Part shown: in pieces, positions 1-12,682 of the stretch
Numbering within the stretch: the first letter of the stretch is position 1
How the letters are laid out: the number at the start of each line of letters is the position of its first letter
Source of the DNA: Felis catus
Lineage: Eukaryota
Length of the DNA: 64,000 nucleotides
Direction: 5' to 3'
Assembly: GCF_018350175.1 (NCBI RefSeq)
Contig: NC_058368.1
Coordinates: forward strand, 38,256,001 to 38,320,000
Position numbers and translations under genes: made by a program
The notes under the pieces: generated by a model
Databases searched by the model: none
Told to the model about the DNA's origin: nothing
What the model saw: the letters and a program-made list of their open reading frames with translations, nothing else

Positions 1-84
1 ATACTTTTATCATTAGTAAATCCTAGTAGTTTAGCCCCGGCTTGAACTATTCTAGACTCATATTCATCATTGACAGCATTGATA

Positions 85-260
85 TATTCATATGAAGGAA
101 ATGTGAGGAGGCAGATTTTATCCGGATTTCAGCAAGGCAATTGACAAAATAAATTAATCGATGTCCTTAAGGTCCTAAGTAAGTAGATTCAGAACAATTG
201 GCAGAGCTAAAATGAGATGGATTTCAGTTTAATAAGTAAAAGGAAGTTGAACTAGTTATA
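85..260 (+). mobile_element. Ancient CR1/L3 LINE fragment (RT motif remnant)
   Basis: Bases ~95-150 read EGNV..YPDFSKAIDKI, resembling the CR1/L3 reverse transcriptase motif EGNAVDIVYLDFSKAFDKV. The fragment is highly degraded. Confidence 0.55.
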
Positions 261-1129
261 AATGTAGAGATACTGTCTCACACTTCTAACTTCGAACGCC
301 CTGCTTGCTCTTCCTGAACAGCTGCTACCTGGTTAGCTACTACTTAGTCTTTAAGGTTTTTTTGAGGGTCTTTTCCTCCAGAAAGCTGTTACTTATCCCC
401 TTCTCTTCTGGTAAGGTAGTATTTTTTATTCTTTCATGACACTGCAGTTTTACTCCTATTAAGACACTTTTCACATTTTATTATATGACCTGTTTATTTG
501 ACTTTAATTCAACCCCTTGTGATTGATTGTAATCATTACACAATTGGGCTCTTAAAAAAAAAAAAAAACTATTAGTCTATCTGGACACAATCATCTGTTT
601 TCCAAAGGGGAAGAAAAAGGAAGGGGAGTCATAGATGCATGTTAGGGGACAGCATAAACTAGAAAGGATCTGAACATGTTCTATTGGGAAAGGGATCTGA
701 ACTTATACTGGCCATATATAAATATTTTAAAAAGAATATTCTTTAGCAGTGATCACTAGCGATCGTGTTGCTTTAAAATTTCAGCATTAGTGTGTAAAAA
801 TTCTGCCCAGTGTATCAATAGAAACATTTACTCAATTGAGAATTAATTATGTAATATATTTTAATTGATACATGCCTTTACATGCTTATGGAAGCATCGT
901 AAAATTAATTTATCTGACTTATTGCAGAGATTGTATAAGAAAGTTTGGTGGATAGTAACAGTAACAAAAAATTAAATATTCTTTAAAACAGTGGAAGAAA
1001 AGAAAGAAAATTTTACTTTATATAATCTCAGTCTTCGATCTTCCTTTAAGAAAAGGCAGAAAAAGCCTTTAGACAGGACAAAAACAATGAAAAGATCATG
1101 TAACTCCAAAAAGAAATATGTACATTGGT

Positions 1130-1330
1130 GGGGTACCTGGGTGGCTCAGTCAGTTAAACATCCGACTTTTGATCTGGGCTGAGGTCGTGATCTCACAGTC
1201 TTGGGATTGAGCCCCACATCCAGCTCTGTGGGAGTCTGCTTGGGATGCTCTCTCTTCCTCTCTCTTGGCCCTTCCCCTGCTCATGCGCTCTATTTCTCAA
1301 AATAAATAGAAATTTTAAAAAAACTTAAAA
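1130..1330 (+). mobile_element. Can-SINE (SINEC)
   Basis: GGGGTACCTGGGTGGCTCAGTCAGTTAA head, CT-rich segment, AAAATAAA/A tail; approximate TSD (aaatatgtacattgg / gatatgtatgttgg). Confidence 0.93.
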
Positions 1331-1859
1331 AGATATGTATGTTGGCAATATAATATTTTTAGATTTAAAAAGTCAGCTGATTTAGTGTAATGTCATGGTC
1401 ACATATGCAAAGTAAGTGTGTTCCACAGCGTGACTGATATGCTCACTTAAGCTGTTTTAATAATTGATGTAGATTACCTCAATAATGATTCAGTCCCAAC
1501 AACAGATATCAAAAATGAAGATAGACAAAAGAATTGATGCTTTTGCTTCAGTTTAGTTCACAGGTAAATGTAACTTTATTTCTTAATTCTGAAAATGACA
1601 GAAGTTAGTGCTACAGGCAGCATGGAGTTTTTGTAAGTTTATTTTGTGGAAGAATATAAAATTTTGTTGGTGGAATTGCAGTAGAGTTAAATAAAACCTG
1701 TGAGAGAAATTAAGAAACACAGTTTCCTAATGTTTCTAGACCAAGCATAACTTGAAACAGAAAATAAGATGATTGGTCAGAGTAAATTCCATATTTGCCA
1801 CTTAATTCTAGTTCTAGTATATTCATCAAATATATTAGGGCTCTTAAATAAAACAAAAC

Positions 1860-2005
1860 TTAGTGTTTCTAAATGTGACTTTATTTCTCACTCACACCAT
1901 GATTTATACAAATAATTTAACCATTCTAGGCCTTAGTTTCCTTGTTTGAAATATGACAGTGTTTAGACTATCTCTGAGGTTCTTTGCAACTTTAATGTTC
2001 TCTAT
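1860..2005 (+). mobile_element. MIR-family SINE fragment
   Basis: Core-like ...aataatttaaccattctaggccttagtttccttgtttgaaatatg... followed by a MIR3-like tail (tctctgaggttctttgcaacttt). Confidence 0.55.
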
Positions 2006-2964
2006 ATTATATTTACTGAGTGTAATTTTACTAAACTTCAATAGCATCCCCTCTCAATGTCTTCTTGAAATTACTTGAGGCATTGGTACGTTTTTTTATG
2101 AATTATGTGTGAATTAGTTATATACTCTGATAAAGTGAATCTCTTCTTGTGAGTTAGGGCTTTATATGATCATCACAATGTCTTAATTATGTAAGAAATA
2201 TGTTGAATGGTACCTTCCAAAAATACTTAGATACAATATTAATGAATATGCAGATGGTTTTCTCTGAAACATAAGGTATAAATATATTATTTTTATTACT
2301 GAACTTTGGAAAACATAAAATAAAAAAGTCAGAGTTAAAAAAACTCCATGTTTACTGTTCCGCATACTTGCTTTTCTCTATGCATATTTTTCCTTATACA
2401 TATATGATTGCTATATAAAGTTTAATACTAAGTATTAAGTATGCTAATACTTAGTATTATGCTAGTATACTAGTTTAATTGAATATGCTGATACTTAGTA
2501 TTATGCTAGTATAGTAATTCAATATACTAATACACATTCGTGTATTAATATTTTCTCAACTGAATTTTATAAGTATTTTCTAATGTTATTCAATTTTTTA
2601 TAAGTATTAGGAGCAGCATAATATTTTATCATATTGTATAACAATCATTCATGTACTTTTAAATTTTAGGCTTTTTTTCCTACTTTCTATATTAGAACTG
2701 ATGTTGTAATAAACATTTGTAGGTGTCATTTACAAAGAATTACCCTAGAACATGAAAGATCTGTAGCTTTGACAAAATTGCCTTATTTAATGGAGCCACT
2801 GATTACCTTCTCCCAGCTCTCCTAGGCTCATGATGCCCCAGCCAAAGTTTCTTACATCTTTTCTTCTAGGGATCTAGAAGAAATATAATATATCCCAAAT
2901 GATATATTAACAATGTCAGCCGTTACTCTCCCACACAAAACAAAGTAACTTCAACAACAAATCC

Positions 2965-3265
2965 TTTGCTTGGGTGCCTGTGTCCACCCTCCCAACCCCC
3001 ATATTGATATATTGAAACCTAAGGCCCAGTGTGATAGAATTAGGATGTGGAGGCTTGGTTGGGGTTTAGGTTATGAGAACAGAACACTCATAATGGGATT
3101 AGTGCCCTAGACAGCTTCCTTGCACCTTCCACCGGTGAGGTTACATTAAGCAGATAACACTCCATGAAGAAGCCAGCTCTCACCAGACACTTAATCTGCT
3201 AGAATCTTGAACCTGAACGTCCCAGACTCCAGAATTTTGAGAAATTAATTTCTGATCTTTATTAT
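2965..3265 (+). mobile_element. MaLR solo LTR, MLT1A-like
   Basis: Typical MLT1A blocks: atattgaaaccta..cccagtgtgatag, ataatgggattagtgccct, tctcaccagacac..aatctgct, ccagactccagaa..tgagaaattaatttctg. Confidence 0.8.
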
Positions 3266-3581
3266 TAGGGAAGCCTTTCTTTATCTCCATTTTTAAGTTT
3301 TTATAAATGCCTTGTGCTTTTCACTTCTAGAACTTAGTAGTGTCTCTCTAGTGCTTGCATAGCTATATTTATCTCATTAGAGTAGCTTTACGGGAATAAT
3401 GATGGCGTGTGTATGTCTCACTAACTGTTGTATCCCCATTGTTCAGCAAATGGTTTGTTACATAGCAGTTCATTCATCATTTTCGAAGAAATAACTTTTA
3501 TATTTATGAAATATTTCCATAAAGTTATTACTATCATCCTTTTTATAAGTACAGATTCTCCAAGACAGTATCAACAAAGAG

Positions 3582-3790
3582 AGGTACCTGGGTGACTCAG
3601 TTGGTTAAGCGTCTGACTCTTGATTTTGGCTCAGGTCATGATCTCATGGTACATGGGTTCGAGCCCTGTGTTGGGCTCTGTGCTGATACTGGGGAGCTTT
3701 CTTGGGATTTTCTCCTTTTCTCCCTCTCTACCACCTCCCCACTCTCACTCTCTCTCCCTCTCAAAATAAATTAGTAAATAAACTTGAAAA
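3582..3790 (+). mobile_element. Can-SINE (SINEC)
   Basis: ggtacctgggtgactcagttggttaagcgtctgact head, B-box-like ggttcgagccc, CT tract, aaaataaa tail. Confidence 0.93.
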
Positions 3791-4077
3791 TATATATATT
3801 TAAATTTAAAAAAGAGTATCACCAAAGAAACAAAACAATAACAGAAAAACACAGGCAATGGAAAATACATATGAAAACATACAATTAAAGGTATAACATC
3901 CACGTAAGATCCAACCACATGAAAGATGAATAGTGTATGGTGAAGTTTTATGGTAAGAAAAGAGAGACCCTATGGGGACAAAACTAACCAAAACGAGGAA
4001 ATTTTTAGCAGGAATAAACTAAAAATGATAAAGGGCAATGAACATGAAGAAATGAGTTTTGGAGCACGGAGATTCTT

Positions 4078-4292
4078 CTTTTTTTAAATTTTTTTAACGT
4101 TTATTCATTTTGGAGAGACATAGCATAAATAGGGGAAGGGCATAGAGAGAAGGAGACACAGAATCCAAAGCAGTCTCCAGGCTCTGAGCTGTCAGCACAG
4201 AGCCTGATGTGGGGCTCAAACTCATGAACCATGAGAGATCATGACCTGAGCCGAAGCCAGACGCTTAACAGACTGAGCCACCTAGGCACCCC
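4078..4292 (-). mobile_element. Can-SINE (SINEC)
   Basis: Reverse-complement SINE: T-rich tail, ggagacacagaatcc, gatcatgacctgagccgaag, gactgagccacctaggcacccc. Confidence 0.95.
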
Positions 4293-4976
4293 ATATTCGT
4301 CTTAGTAAAGAGTTGTTGGTGCAGTTTGGAAAGGTAGGGAGAATGGAATATTGAAATATCAAGTTAGATAAGGATATAAAGAATGCTAGATATTGTTCAT
4401 TCATTTATCCAGTATGAACTTCTTAAGTATCTCTCATTTCAGGTACTGTGAGAAATTTGGGTTACTATAAAATTTAAAGCAATTAAATTGTCTTTAAAAT
4501 CTCACAGCTTACTATTTGGGCTAAGTTTCATAAATGAACATAGTTTGTTATCTCCTCAAGAGCTGAGGAAGGCTTACACATACTCTGTAACAATACCTCA
4601 GTCCCCTTCGCTCCTTCCCAACCAATACCTTTAACACTGCGTAGAGGGAAAACTAACTTCCCAAACCACTTTCTCAACACAAATAAAACAACTACAAAAT
4701 GAATAAATGAATAAATGAGATAGATTGGTAGTGCTGAGACAGTTATAGGACAATTATTTTGAAATTTGAACAAAGATACCAGAGAAACCATCCATCATAT
4801 TATCCCTTATGCATAGGAGAGGGGATCTGAAAAAAAGCATTCAAAAGTGAAAATTGTATCATCAAAAACATGCCTGTGAAATGACACAAATATTCCACAG
4901 AGGTCAAAGAAATTCACCTGTCAACTGTATACATTAAAACTGGTCTAAGAAAGCTTTTGTAGCAAAGACCGCATAG

Positions 4977-6035
4977 TGTCCTCAACACGTGCCTTCAATT
5001 CACCTCTGATTATAGCTCTCCCTGTAGGGGATGGTTCTATAAAAGGTTAGATTCACCTTACAGCTGACAGGTTTTCATGTGAGTGAAGCGCCTGAGTGTC
5101 ATTCTGCATTCTGCCCCAGGACCTTCCGCAAGCTCACAGAAATTTCTTCTGCCTAATCCCTTCCTCGGTTTCTAGATCTCAGACACTTCTTAAACCCTGA
5201 ACTCATTGATTAAAAGGGAGACTAAGTCGTTCCTGGGAAAAAGTCTATGAAATCATTGCAAGTTCTATGCCTGCTCCTGGAAGGCTATAGAATTGTGGTC
5301 AGCTCATGCGCATTTCACTCCTCAGTTCTGACCTCGGGGAGTCCCTTTCCTGCACATCCTTCGGTCCAGGGCCCATTCCCCTGCACCTGGCAGGGCCTCT
5401 GGGGCTTGGCACTGCAGAACTGTGACTCCAGGGGGGAGAGGGAGAGGTGAGGTACTCACCAGCCTTGGGGTTTGGGTGACAGGTGGTGTGAGCCAGATTC
5501 CGTAAGAGCAAATCTGAGAGGAGGGGCCTGTGACACCTGGGGCATCCAGATGTTTCTCATCCTAGGAAGTCCATGCTCATTCCCTATAAATTTCCAGAGA
5601 TCTCGCGAGATCCAGCTTTCTCTGGAATGAGAAAGGTTTGGAAGTCCTGGTTACAAGCTGGTGCGTTCTTCTCCGGAAATTGGTAAGTTCACAAATAACC
5701 ACTTTCTTTATAGGGATCTCAAATCTCAGGGTCACTATCCACCTACCAGGGAGGAGGCAACTAGGGGACAGGTCCTTATGCTTCTGAGTCTGTGTAATTA
5801 TCCAAATTAACCAAACTACTTGGAGCTAGCAAAACCTACCCCATTTGCTATACATAAGCTGCCCCCTATATTTCCAGGTTGTTGTCACTCCCTTCAGTGC
5901 AACAACCGTCTATGTGGCCCTGTCTGGTGTTGTCTCCTTTAGAGCTCTAAGTAAAAAACGTTATGCCTTTCATGTATCCAGAATGCCACTGTATTGGGTC
6001 CCATGATTAAAATAAGGTTTAAACCTTATAAAACA
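4977..6035 (+). mobile_element. Solo ERV LTR, 1059 bp, family unassigned
   Basis: Begins TG (4977) and ends CA (6035), flanked by the direct repeat ATAG (4973-4976 and 6036-6039). GC-richer than its flanks, with a TATA-like ccctatattt near 5865 and a poly(A)-signal-like agtaaa near 5950. Confidence 0.7.
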
Positions 6036-6402
6036 ATAGTCTCCGTGAGGAGGATGCAGTAGCCATGATTGTGGTCTCTTGGATAGCTTCTTGGGTTTCT
6101 GCTCTTGGCTGCCTACTTTGTTCCAGACCACTGTGGCTTGCTGGGGAGCTTATGGTTTAGAATTGTTCTGTGGCTTTCTGATTTCCACATGTCTCCTTAT
6201 AGACATTTATTCAATGGTGGAATTTTCAAGATAAACAGTGCTAATTCAATAAGTACTAGCTCATATGGGAACTGATTTAAGGCAATAGGAGAGATAGGCC
6301 ATTTGAGCCATACTTTCCAAGGTAGGGCATTTGTGTTCAGGAGTTTTTCAGTCAGGTATGTGGTGGGGAGACAGCTTCCAGAAGCTGTCACTTTCTATGT
6401 AG

Positions 6403-6403
<1 letters not shown>

Positions 6404-6439
<36 letters not shown>
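6404..6439 (+). repeat. (GAT)12 microsatellite
   Basis: Read directly; it explains the poly-Met ORF 6303..6485. Confidence 0.98.
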
Positions 6440-6441
<2 letters not shown>

Positions 6442-6780
6442 GGAACAGAACTCTGGTTTTCCCATTTGTTGCTGGCCAATCCTAAGTAGGAAGATCTTGT
6501 TTGGACTTTGCAGGGTAGAGAAATGGCACCTTGGCCTCATTGTCCATTTTGCTCATGTTGGGGGAGCTGCCTAACCATACTGCATTATAGCAATAAGTTA
6601 TTAGAAGGATAGAGGAAGGTGTATGTGGCAGATATGGGGGATGGGTTTGTTAACTCCTAATGAGCCATATCCAGAATGTGGGAGAGAATGGAGAGCCACA
6701 TTTGCTATGTAAAAGAGTAGGTGTTCCTGATAACCACAATTTCACCTATATTTTTTTTATATATATTATAAAATATCTTA

Positions 6781-6955
6781 GGGGCACCTGGGTGGCTATC
6801 ATTTGAGTGATCAGCTCTTGATTTCGGCTCAGGTCATGATTTCACAGTTCCTGGGATTGAGCCCTGTGTTGGGCTCTGCACTGACAGAGAGGATCGGATC
6901 CTGTTTGGGATCCTTTTCCTCTCTCTCTCTGATTTTCTCCCTTTCTCCCTCTCCC

Positions 6956-6995
<40 letters not shown>

Positions 6996-7030
6996 CATAC
7001 ATACATACATACATACATGCATACATACAT
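6781..7030 (+). mobile_element. Can-SINE with (GATA)10(CATA)n tail
   Basis: ggggcacctgggtggct head at 6781. The A-tail position is occupied by (GATA)10 at 6956-6995 and then CATA repeats to 7030. Confidence 0.93.
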
Positions 7031-7034
7031 CTTA

Positions 7035-7243
7035 GAGCACCTGGGTGGTTTGGTCTGTTGAGCATCTGGCCATTGTTTTCGGCTCAGGTCATGATGCCAT
7101 GGTTGTGAGATCTAGCCCCTCGTGGGGCTCCATGCTGGGCATGGAGCTCCCTTAAGGTTCTTTCTTGCCCCCTCTGTCCCTCTCCCCTGCTCACTTGTTC
7201 ACGTTCTCTCTTTCTCTCTCAAAATAAATAAACATTAAAAAAA
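7035..7243 (+). mobile_element. Can-SINE, in tandem with the previous copy
   Basis: gagcacctgggtgg head, ggctcaggtcatgat, CT tract, aaaataaataaacattaaaa tail. Confidence 0.92.
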
Positions 7244-9381
7244 TCTTAATTATGAAGCCACCTCACAATATCGTTCTTTGAGGAAGTATTCATACACTAT
7301 TTTTATAAAATAACTTTTGTGAGCTTCTTCAGAGCAATAATATCTTAATCCTGTTTAAAAGTAAATAAAAAACAGTGAATTCATATGTTGAGAAAAAGTA
7401 TAGATCTGTGGCATCTGTGCAATTGCCTTAAAATATTTCATAGAATGAAAAATATAGGAAAAATAAATGGAATCCCTATCTCATAAGTCACTTAAAGCTA
7501 ACTCACGGACTCTGTTTTCCAATATACTTGGGGAATAGGTCCAGCATTGAAACTGTCAATTTCATTTTATGTGTATGTTGACTAAATACATTCACAAAAT
7601 TTGTTTGGGGTTGCTTTGCACCCAGACAATTTCTCTTGGAGCTCTTCATTCAAATCATGTGGGAGTAAAATTTAACCTGCCAAAATATTATTGCAACCCT
7701 GTGAATTACATTTGTACTTCTCAGTTACTTTGTCTTGTGAATTTTCTTTAGGTCACTGTAAAAACAAAAAAAAAAGTAATTTTAAGCTAAACTAAAATAT
7801 CTCTGTATAGTTGTGTAAAAAAAAATGCTATAATCACATTCAGACAGTTACCTTTTATCAGTCCCTGAAGTTGGCCAGATGATGGGATCCTTTCTCTGTG
7901 ATCTACCAACTATTCCATTTCGCACTAAAATTTTGTCCTGCCGTATTCAGAGTAATTTCCACAACTGTTAAAAGCCCCATATAAGCAGAAATAGACGGTA
8001 CTTTTTAAAATAAGCTGCTTATTATGTGATCTCTTTTAAAGACCTCTTTAATGTGTTTTGGGTTTTATCGGTTATTTATTTTTTGTTGCTTTCTTTAGTA
8101 TGTTTTATGCTGACTTACTTCACTAGGGACATTTGAAATCCTGCATATTCCTTGAAATTCCTTGTATTTTGCTGGGTATCAGAGCAACTATAATCTTAGC
8201 TTAATTGGAAATATGGTGCAAATTTTCTGGACATAATCACCATAATAACATCAGCTGAGGAAATAATACTTATTCAGAGTTTGGGTTCTACTCATTCTTA
8301 GCAAAATATGACAAGACACAAATTACATAGAATGACCTACCCTAAATTAAATGATTTCATGATATTATTTACTTTAAATAACATAAGCTAATACTAGGAA
8401 GAATAAAATTAGATATTCAGGTGGCATCTATGTATCCTAATGCTGTGAATATTTGAATGTATCTAGTTCATCTTCTAGTGACTGGTATTAGATTCCTGTT
8501 GCTATTACATTTTCTTCCATATGATGTTGTGGCTTCTCTATGTAAAATAAAATTTTCAAAGCAGATTGAGCTCTTGCTAAGGAATTTTTCATTAAATTAA
8601 TATTTTGAGTGATTTTTGTTAGGAAACGAGTTATCCCTGCCTTATTTGGTACTGTATTCTCAACCTTTAACAAAATATTCTGTTCAGATCAGAATCATTT
8701 TAAATATTCACTTTATTAAATAATAGTGAATAAGTGAGAGAGCTTTGGTTATTTTTTAGTCAGTTGGTCAGGTTGTGAGCACAGTCTTAGCCTAATTTCA
8801 ATACATTTTGAGATTGTTTCAGAAACACGTTCAAGTGGAAGATGTGAGTATGTCATTTAAAAAAATTACTTGAAAGAAATGTCTCCTCTAAGATGTCATC
8901 TTTGAAATGTCAGTAAACTCGTCTAAAAATATATATTTAAATTGTTTTTACTCAAAGCACAAGTCAAAAGTGTTTCAAGTCTTTATTAAAAAGTAATCAT
9001 AATGTAAGAAGCTGTATGTTTCACTTCAGAGGTTCCAAACAACATAAATTATACACAGAGCAAATGTAGCATTGCAACTACTTTTGGCTCAAACTCAGAA
9101 CTTCTATACAGTTGGATAGTTGAATGGAGTATTTCAAATGATGGTAAATCAAAATCCATTAGACTCTTGAAAACAAAAATGCAGCAATCTGCTAATTATA
9201 ATAGAACTGCAATAAACTTTACTTATAAATTAACTGTTGCAGTGATAAATATACTGACATAGAACATTAATAAGATTATGAAATGCTATTATAAAAGATG
9301 AAAATGTCATTAAATAATTTATAAACAAAGGGAAGCAAAAATACTGTAGTAACATAGAAACCAATGTTTGCCCTCATTTAT

Positions 9382-9595
9382 GTATGTATGTATGTATGTA
9401 TGTTTATTTTTGAGAGAAAGAGAGACAGAGTGCAAGCAGGGGAGGGGCGGAGAGAGAGGGAGACACAGAACTTAAGCAGCTCCAGGCTCCCAGCTGTCAG
9501 CACAGAGCCTGACATGGGGCTTGAACTCACGCACTGCGAGATCATGACCTGAGCAGAAGTTGGAGGCTTAACAGACTGAGCCACCCAGGCACCCC
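9382..9595 (-). mobile_element. Can-SINE with (TATG)n tail
   Basis: Reverse-complement SINE; TSD ccctcatttat at 9371-9381 and 9598-9608. Confidence 0.95.
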
Positions 9596-10133
9596 TCCCC
9601 TCATTTATAAATGCTCGACTGAATACAGGTTTACCAATAACATTCTATTCCTTTAGTCACTGTTTTTTAATATGGGACTACTTGTACACCAGTCAACGTA
9701 TATTGTATTTTGCTATTTTTTTTTCTTGAGGATATTGTTGTATGTAATTTTAATTAATAGGATAAAACACAGTCCTGAGTCCATATCTCTCAATCTCTGA
9801 TCCAGGATTAATGTTTTGAGAGATTTAGACATCTTGACTCTTCCTTCTTTACTCTCTAGACAAGTTAGTATCTTATATACTGGAAAATATGGTGGTAAAT
9901 AACATACAAGTTAATTTGTAAGTACTAATAAATTTTATATTAATTTTGAATGTTTTTTATTAAAACACAGAAGACAAAGTGCTATTTTTAGAAAGCATAG
10001 TTTGAGCCACAAGTGCTTCAGGAGTCTGCAGGATGGTTGGGTTAACGAGGAGTGGCCTTTTCAAAGGGGTAGAATGATCTTGAGGGAAAGAAAAATTAAA
10101 ATTTAAAAATTCTTTATTGAATATATAATAAGT

Positions 10134-10596
10134 TGTTCTGCCTTTCAATCTGGTAAAATTAGGAAGACCCTGACTAACCTAACTACAAGTTCTCTTCCCT
10201 ACTCTGCTCCCATGGAGAAGGTACCCTGGTCACATGGACTGGTTGTAGTTCCTACTATCCTGATAGCAGGTTTCAGTTTTCTGCCAGCCTGCAGAATTAT
10301 TCAAGCAAGCCAATCACATCCTCTCATAGAAATAAAGGGGCACTTTCACCTCTTGATCCTACAAAGCCTGACTCACACAGTCCCTTGTTGTTGTGTTTAC
10401 TCTGTTCCTGAGTGCAGTCCTGTGTTCCTACATGGTCTGTAATGTCCTCTGTCCTTGAGCTGTGAGTACCTGTGACTGATAAACTTCTGTTGCCTTCATC
10501 TGTCCAGTGTTGGATGTTGTGTGTTCAGACATCCACATAACCCTACAGTGGGAATCTCTCCCTCACCAGTGTGGTCAAGAGGAGGTGATTAAAACC
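10134..10596 (+). mobile_element. ERVL-type solo LTR, MER74/MER88-like
   Basis: TG start; gaattattcaagcaagccaatcacatcctc block; gataaac poly(A)-signal remnant; terminal gggaatctctccctcacc..gaggaggtgattaaaac. Family recalled from memory. Confidence 0.65.
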
Positions 10597-11049
10597 TAGA
10601 CCAGGGAAAGCACTTAGGTTTTCATTACAGAGAAGCTATAAATAAGGGGAGTCGGGTAAAAAGGAATTTTAGACTCACAGTGAGCTCCAAAGGAGTATGA
10701 AGATTTTTGTTAGAATACTTTATAAAAAAATGTAGAGAAAAGAAAACATGACACATTCCAGAAACTAAAATAAGTTTAATATTGATTATAAGATAAAGCA
10801 ATGTAGAAAATTGATCTGAAGCAGTCCAGAAACGTGCTATGTTCTGAAATACCCTGTAAGCTATTGTAAGCTATATTAAGGAATTGTACATAATTCTAAA
10901 TGCACCCAAACCACTAAAGGAATATGATATTCTCAAATCATATTTCTCATAACCATGCTCATGGAAGCTTGAAGAACTGAAGGAAGGGAACTGAAGGAAG
11001 AATACTCAAATGACCCTTGTTGGTGATGATTATTTTGACCTTATGGCCT

Positions 11050-11285
11050 ACAAGGGTATTGACATTGATGGAATCCATTAATGTTATTCACATCTTTTCA
11101 CTTTTACTTATTCTCGTGTGTTTTTGCACACATGTGTACATGTATGAAGTTCCATACACCTCTGTTACCTGGTAGATTTTTGCATCCATAACAGTCATGA
11201 TACTGCACAGTCTAACACTACAAGGATTCCTCATGTTATGCTTGTAAAACCACACCTGTATCATTCCCACCCCCTTGTCACCCTT
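11050..11285 (-). mobile_element. Old L1 (L1MC-like) 3' UTR fragment
   Basis: acaaggattcctcatgttatgcttgtaaaaccacacc resembles the L1MC1/2 3' UTR. Confidence 0.55.
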
Positions 11286-11297
11286 TGACTTGTACAT

Positions 11298-11504
11298 CTT
11301 TTTTTTGTGTTTATTTATTTTTGAGAGAGAGAGACAGAGAGCAGGGGAGGGGCAGAGAGAGAGAGAGGGAGACAGAATATGAAGAAGGCTCCAGGCTCTG
11401 AGCTGTCAGCATAGAGCCCGAAGTGGGGTTCCAACTCAAGAACCGCAAGATCATGACCTGAGCTGTAGTCGGTTACTTAACTGACTAAGCCAGCCAGATG
11501 CCCC
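11298..11504 (-). mobile_element. Can-SINE (SINEC)
   Basis: tttatttatttttgagagagag tail, ggctccaggctctgagctgtcagc, gatcatgacctgagc. Confidence 0.94.
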
Positions 11505-12682
11505 TCACTTCTTTATCTTTTTAAAATGGTCTATTGCAGAGTTAAAAAACTTAAAACACATTTTCCAAAGATACATAAAATTTATGAATTTAGGGCATAT
11601 ATAATATTTCCTTTAATCTTCTCATATTGCTCCGAATGTCAGCAGATAGATGACATTCTTCATATATGTGGGAATGCACATACCCTTCTATTCATCTATC
11701 AATGTGAAAAGAATCAGATTCAGCAGATAGTTTAACATTCATTGGTTAAGCAAGGAAAAAAACCAGTTCATAGATAAAACAGGACAAGAAAGAGTAGAGA
11801 AAAAGGGAAAAACCTAAAAAAAATCATGTAACCTCACATGTTGAAAAGATAAAACAATGGCATTGAAATCTGGGAATCAATACTCTAATTTTAAAGAATA
11901 CTAACTTTAGGTAGGGAAGCCATGGCAACAATATAAAGAATAAGGGGGATAAAAAAAAACCCAAAAATCAAAAACAAAACATCTCTCTGGACTGAAGTTC
12001 TGTTTGGGCTGAAATAGGTGCATGTGTATGTACTGAATGACCTAGAATCAAATATTAGCCCCCCCAAACCTTACATTTAATTGAATATATTAATTACCCT
12101 GTTATAATCAGTGGATGACACTGCAGCATTTTAAAACTAGGGGGAAACACTTTTCAAGTGTTGAACTGATAATTTTATAACATGGAAAAGTTAAAAGGTT
12201 TTCATCCTGATTTACAGAGGCACATCTAATCTCTTCTATAATCTCTAATTTCTTTTTAACTAATAGAGAACAGGTATGATACTTATTTTGTAAAGTAAAG
12301 CCAAAAGATGAGTGCCTATTTGGAGAACATTCAGGTTAAGATGCAATGTCATTCTAAAAATGGGTTTCAATACGCAAGACCTTTTATAACTACACGACAG
12401 TTTGTTCACTGCAGTGGTTAGAGCAGTTCCCAACATCATTTATAATGGAAATAAAGTAGCACACATTTTACCTTAGGAGGTTTTATTGAATCTTACAATC
12501 TCTGCTCCATTTTAATATAATTTATAACACAAATATATAAATTATACATTGTTAATATAAACTTGGGGAAATTGCCCTTATTGTTAATATATTATATTTA
12601 ATTACCCTAATAGTCACATCAATATTTGCATATAAATGGTCCAATTCTTGAAAGGAAAATTTGAAATATTCTAGATGCTTCT

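Noticed and set aside
1480..1570. Possible exon ending in CAG|GTAAAT
   Set aside because: There is no convincing acceptor and the frames I checked contain stops; unsupported without RNA data.
6036..6740. Possible older minus-strand LTR hosting the 4977-6035 LTR
   Set aside because: Composition and a TG-like end at ~6738 are suggestive, but I cannot recognise a family or define boundaries.
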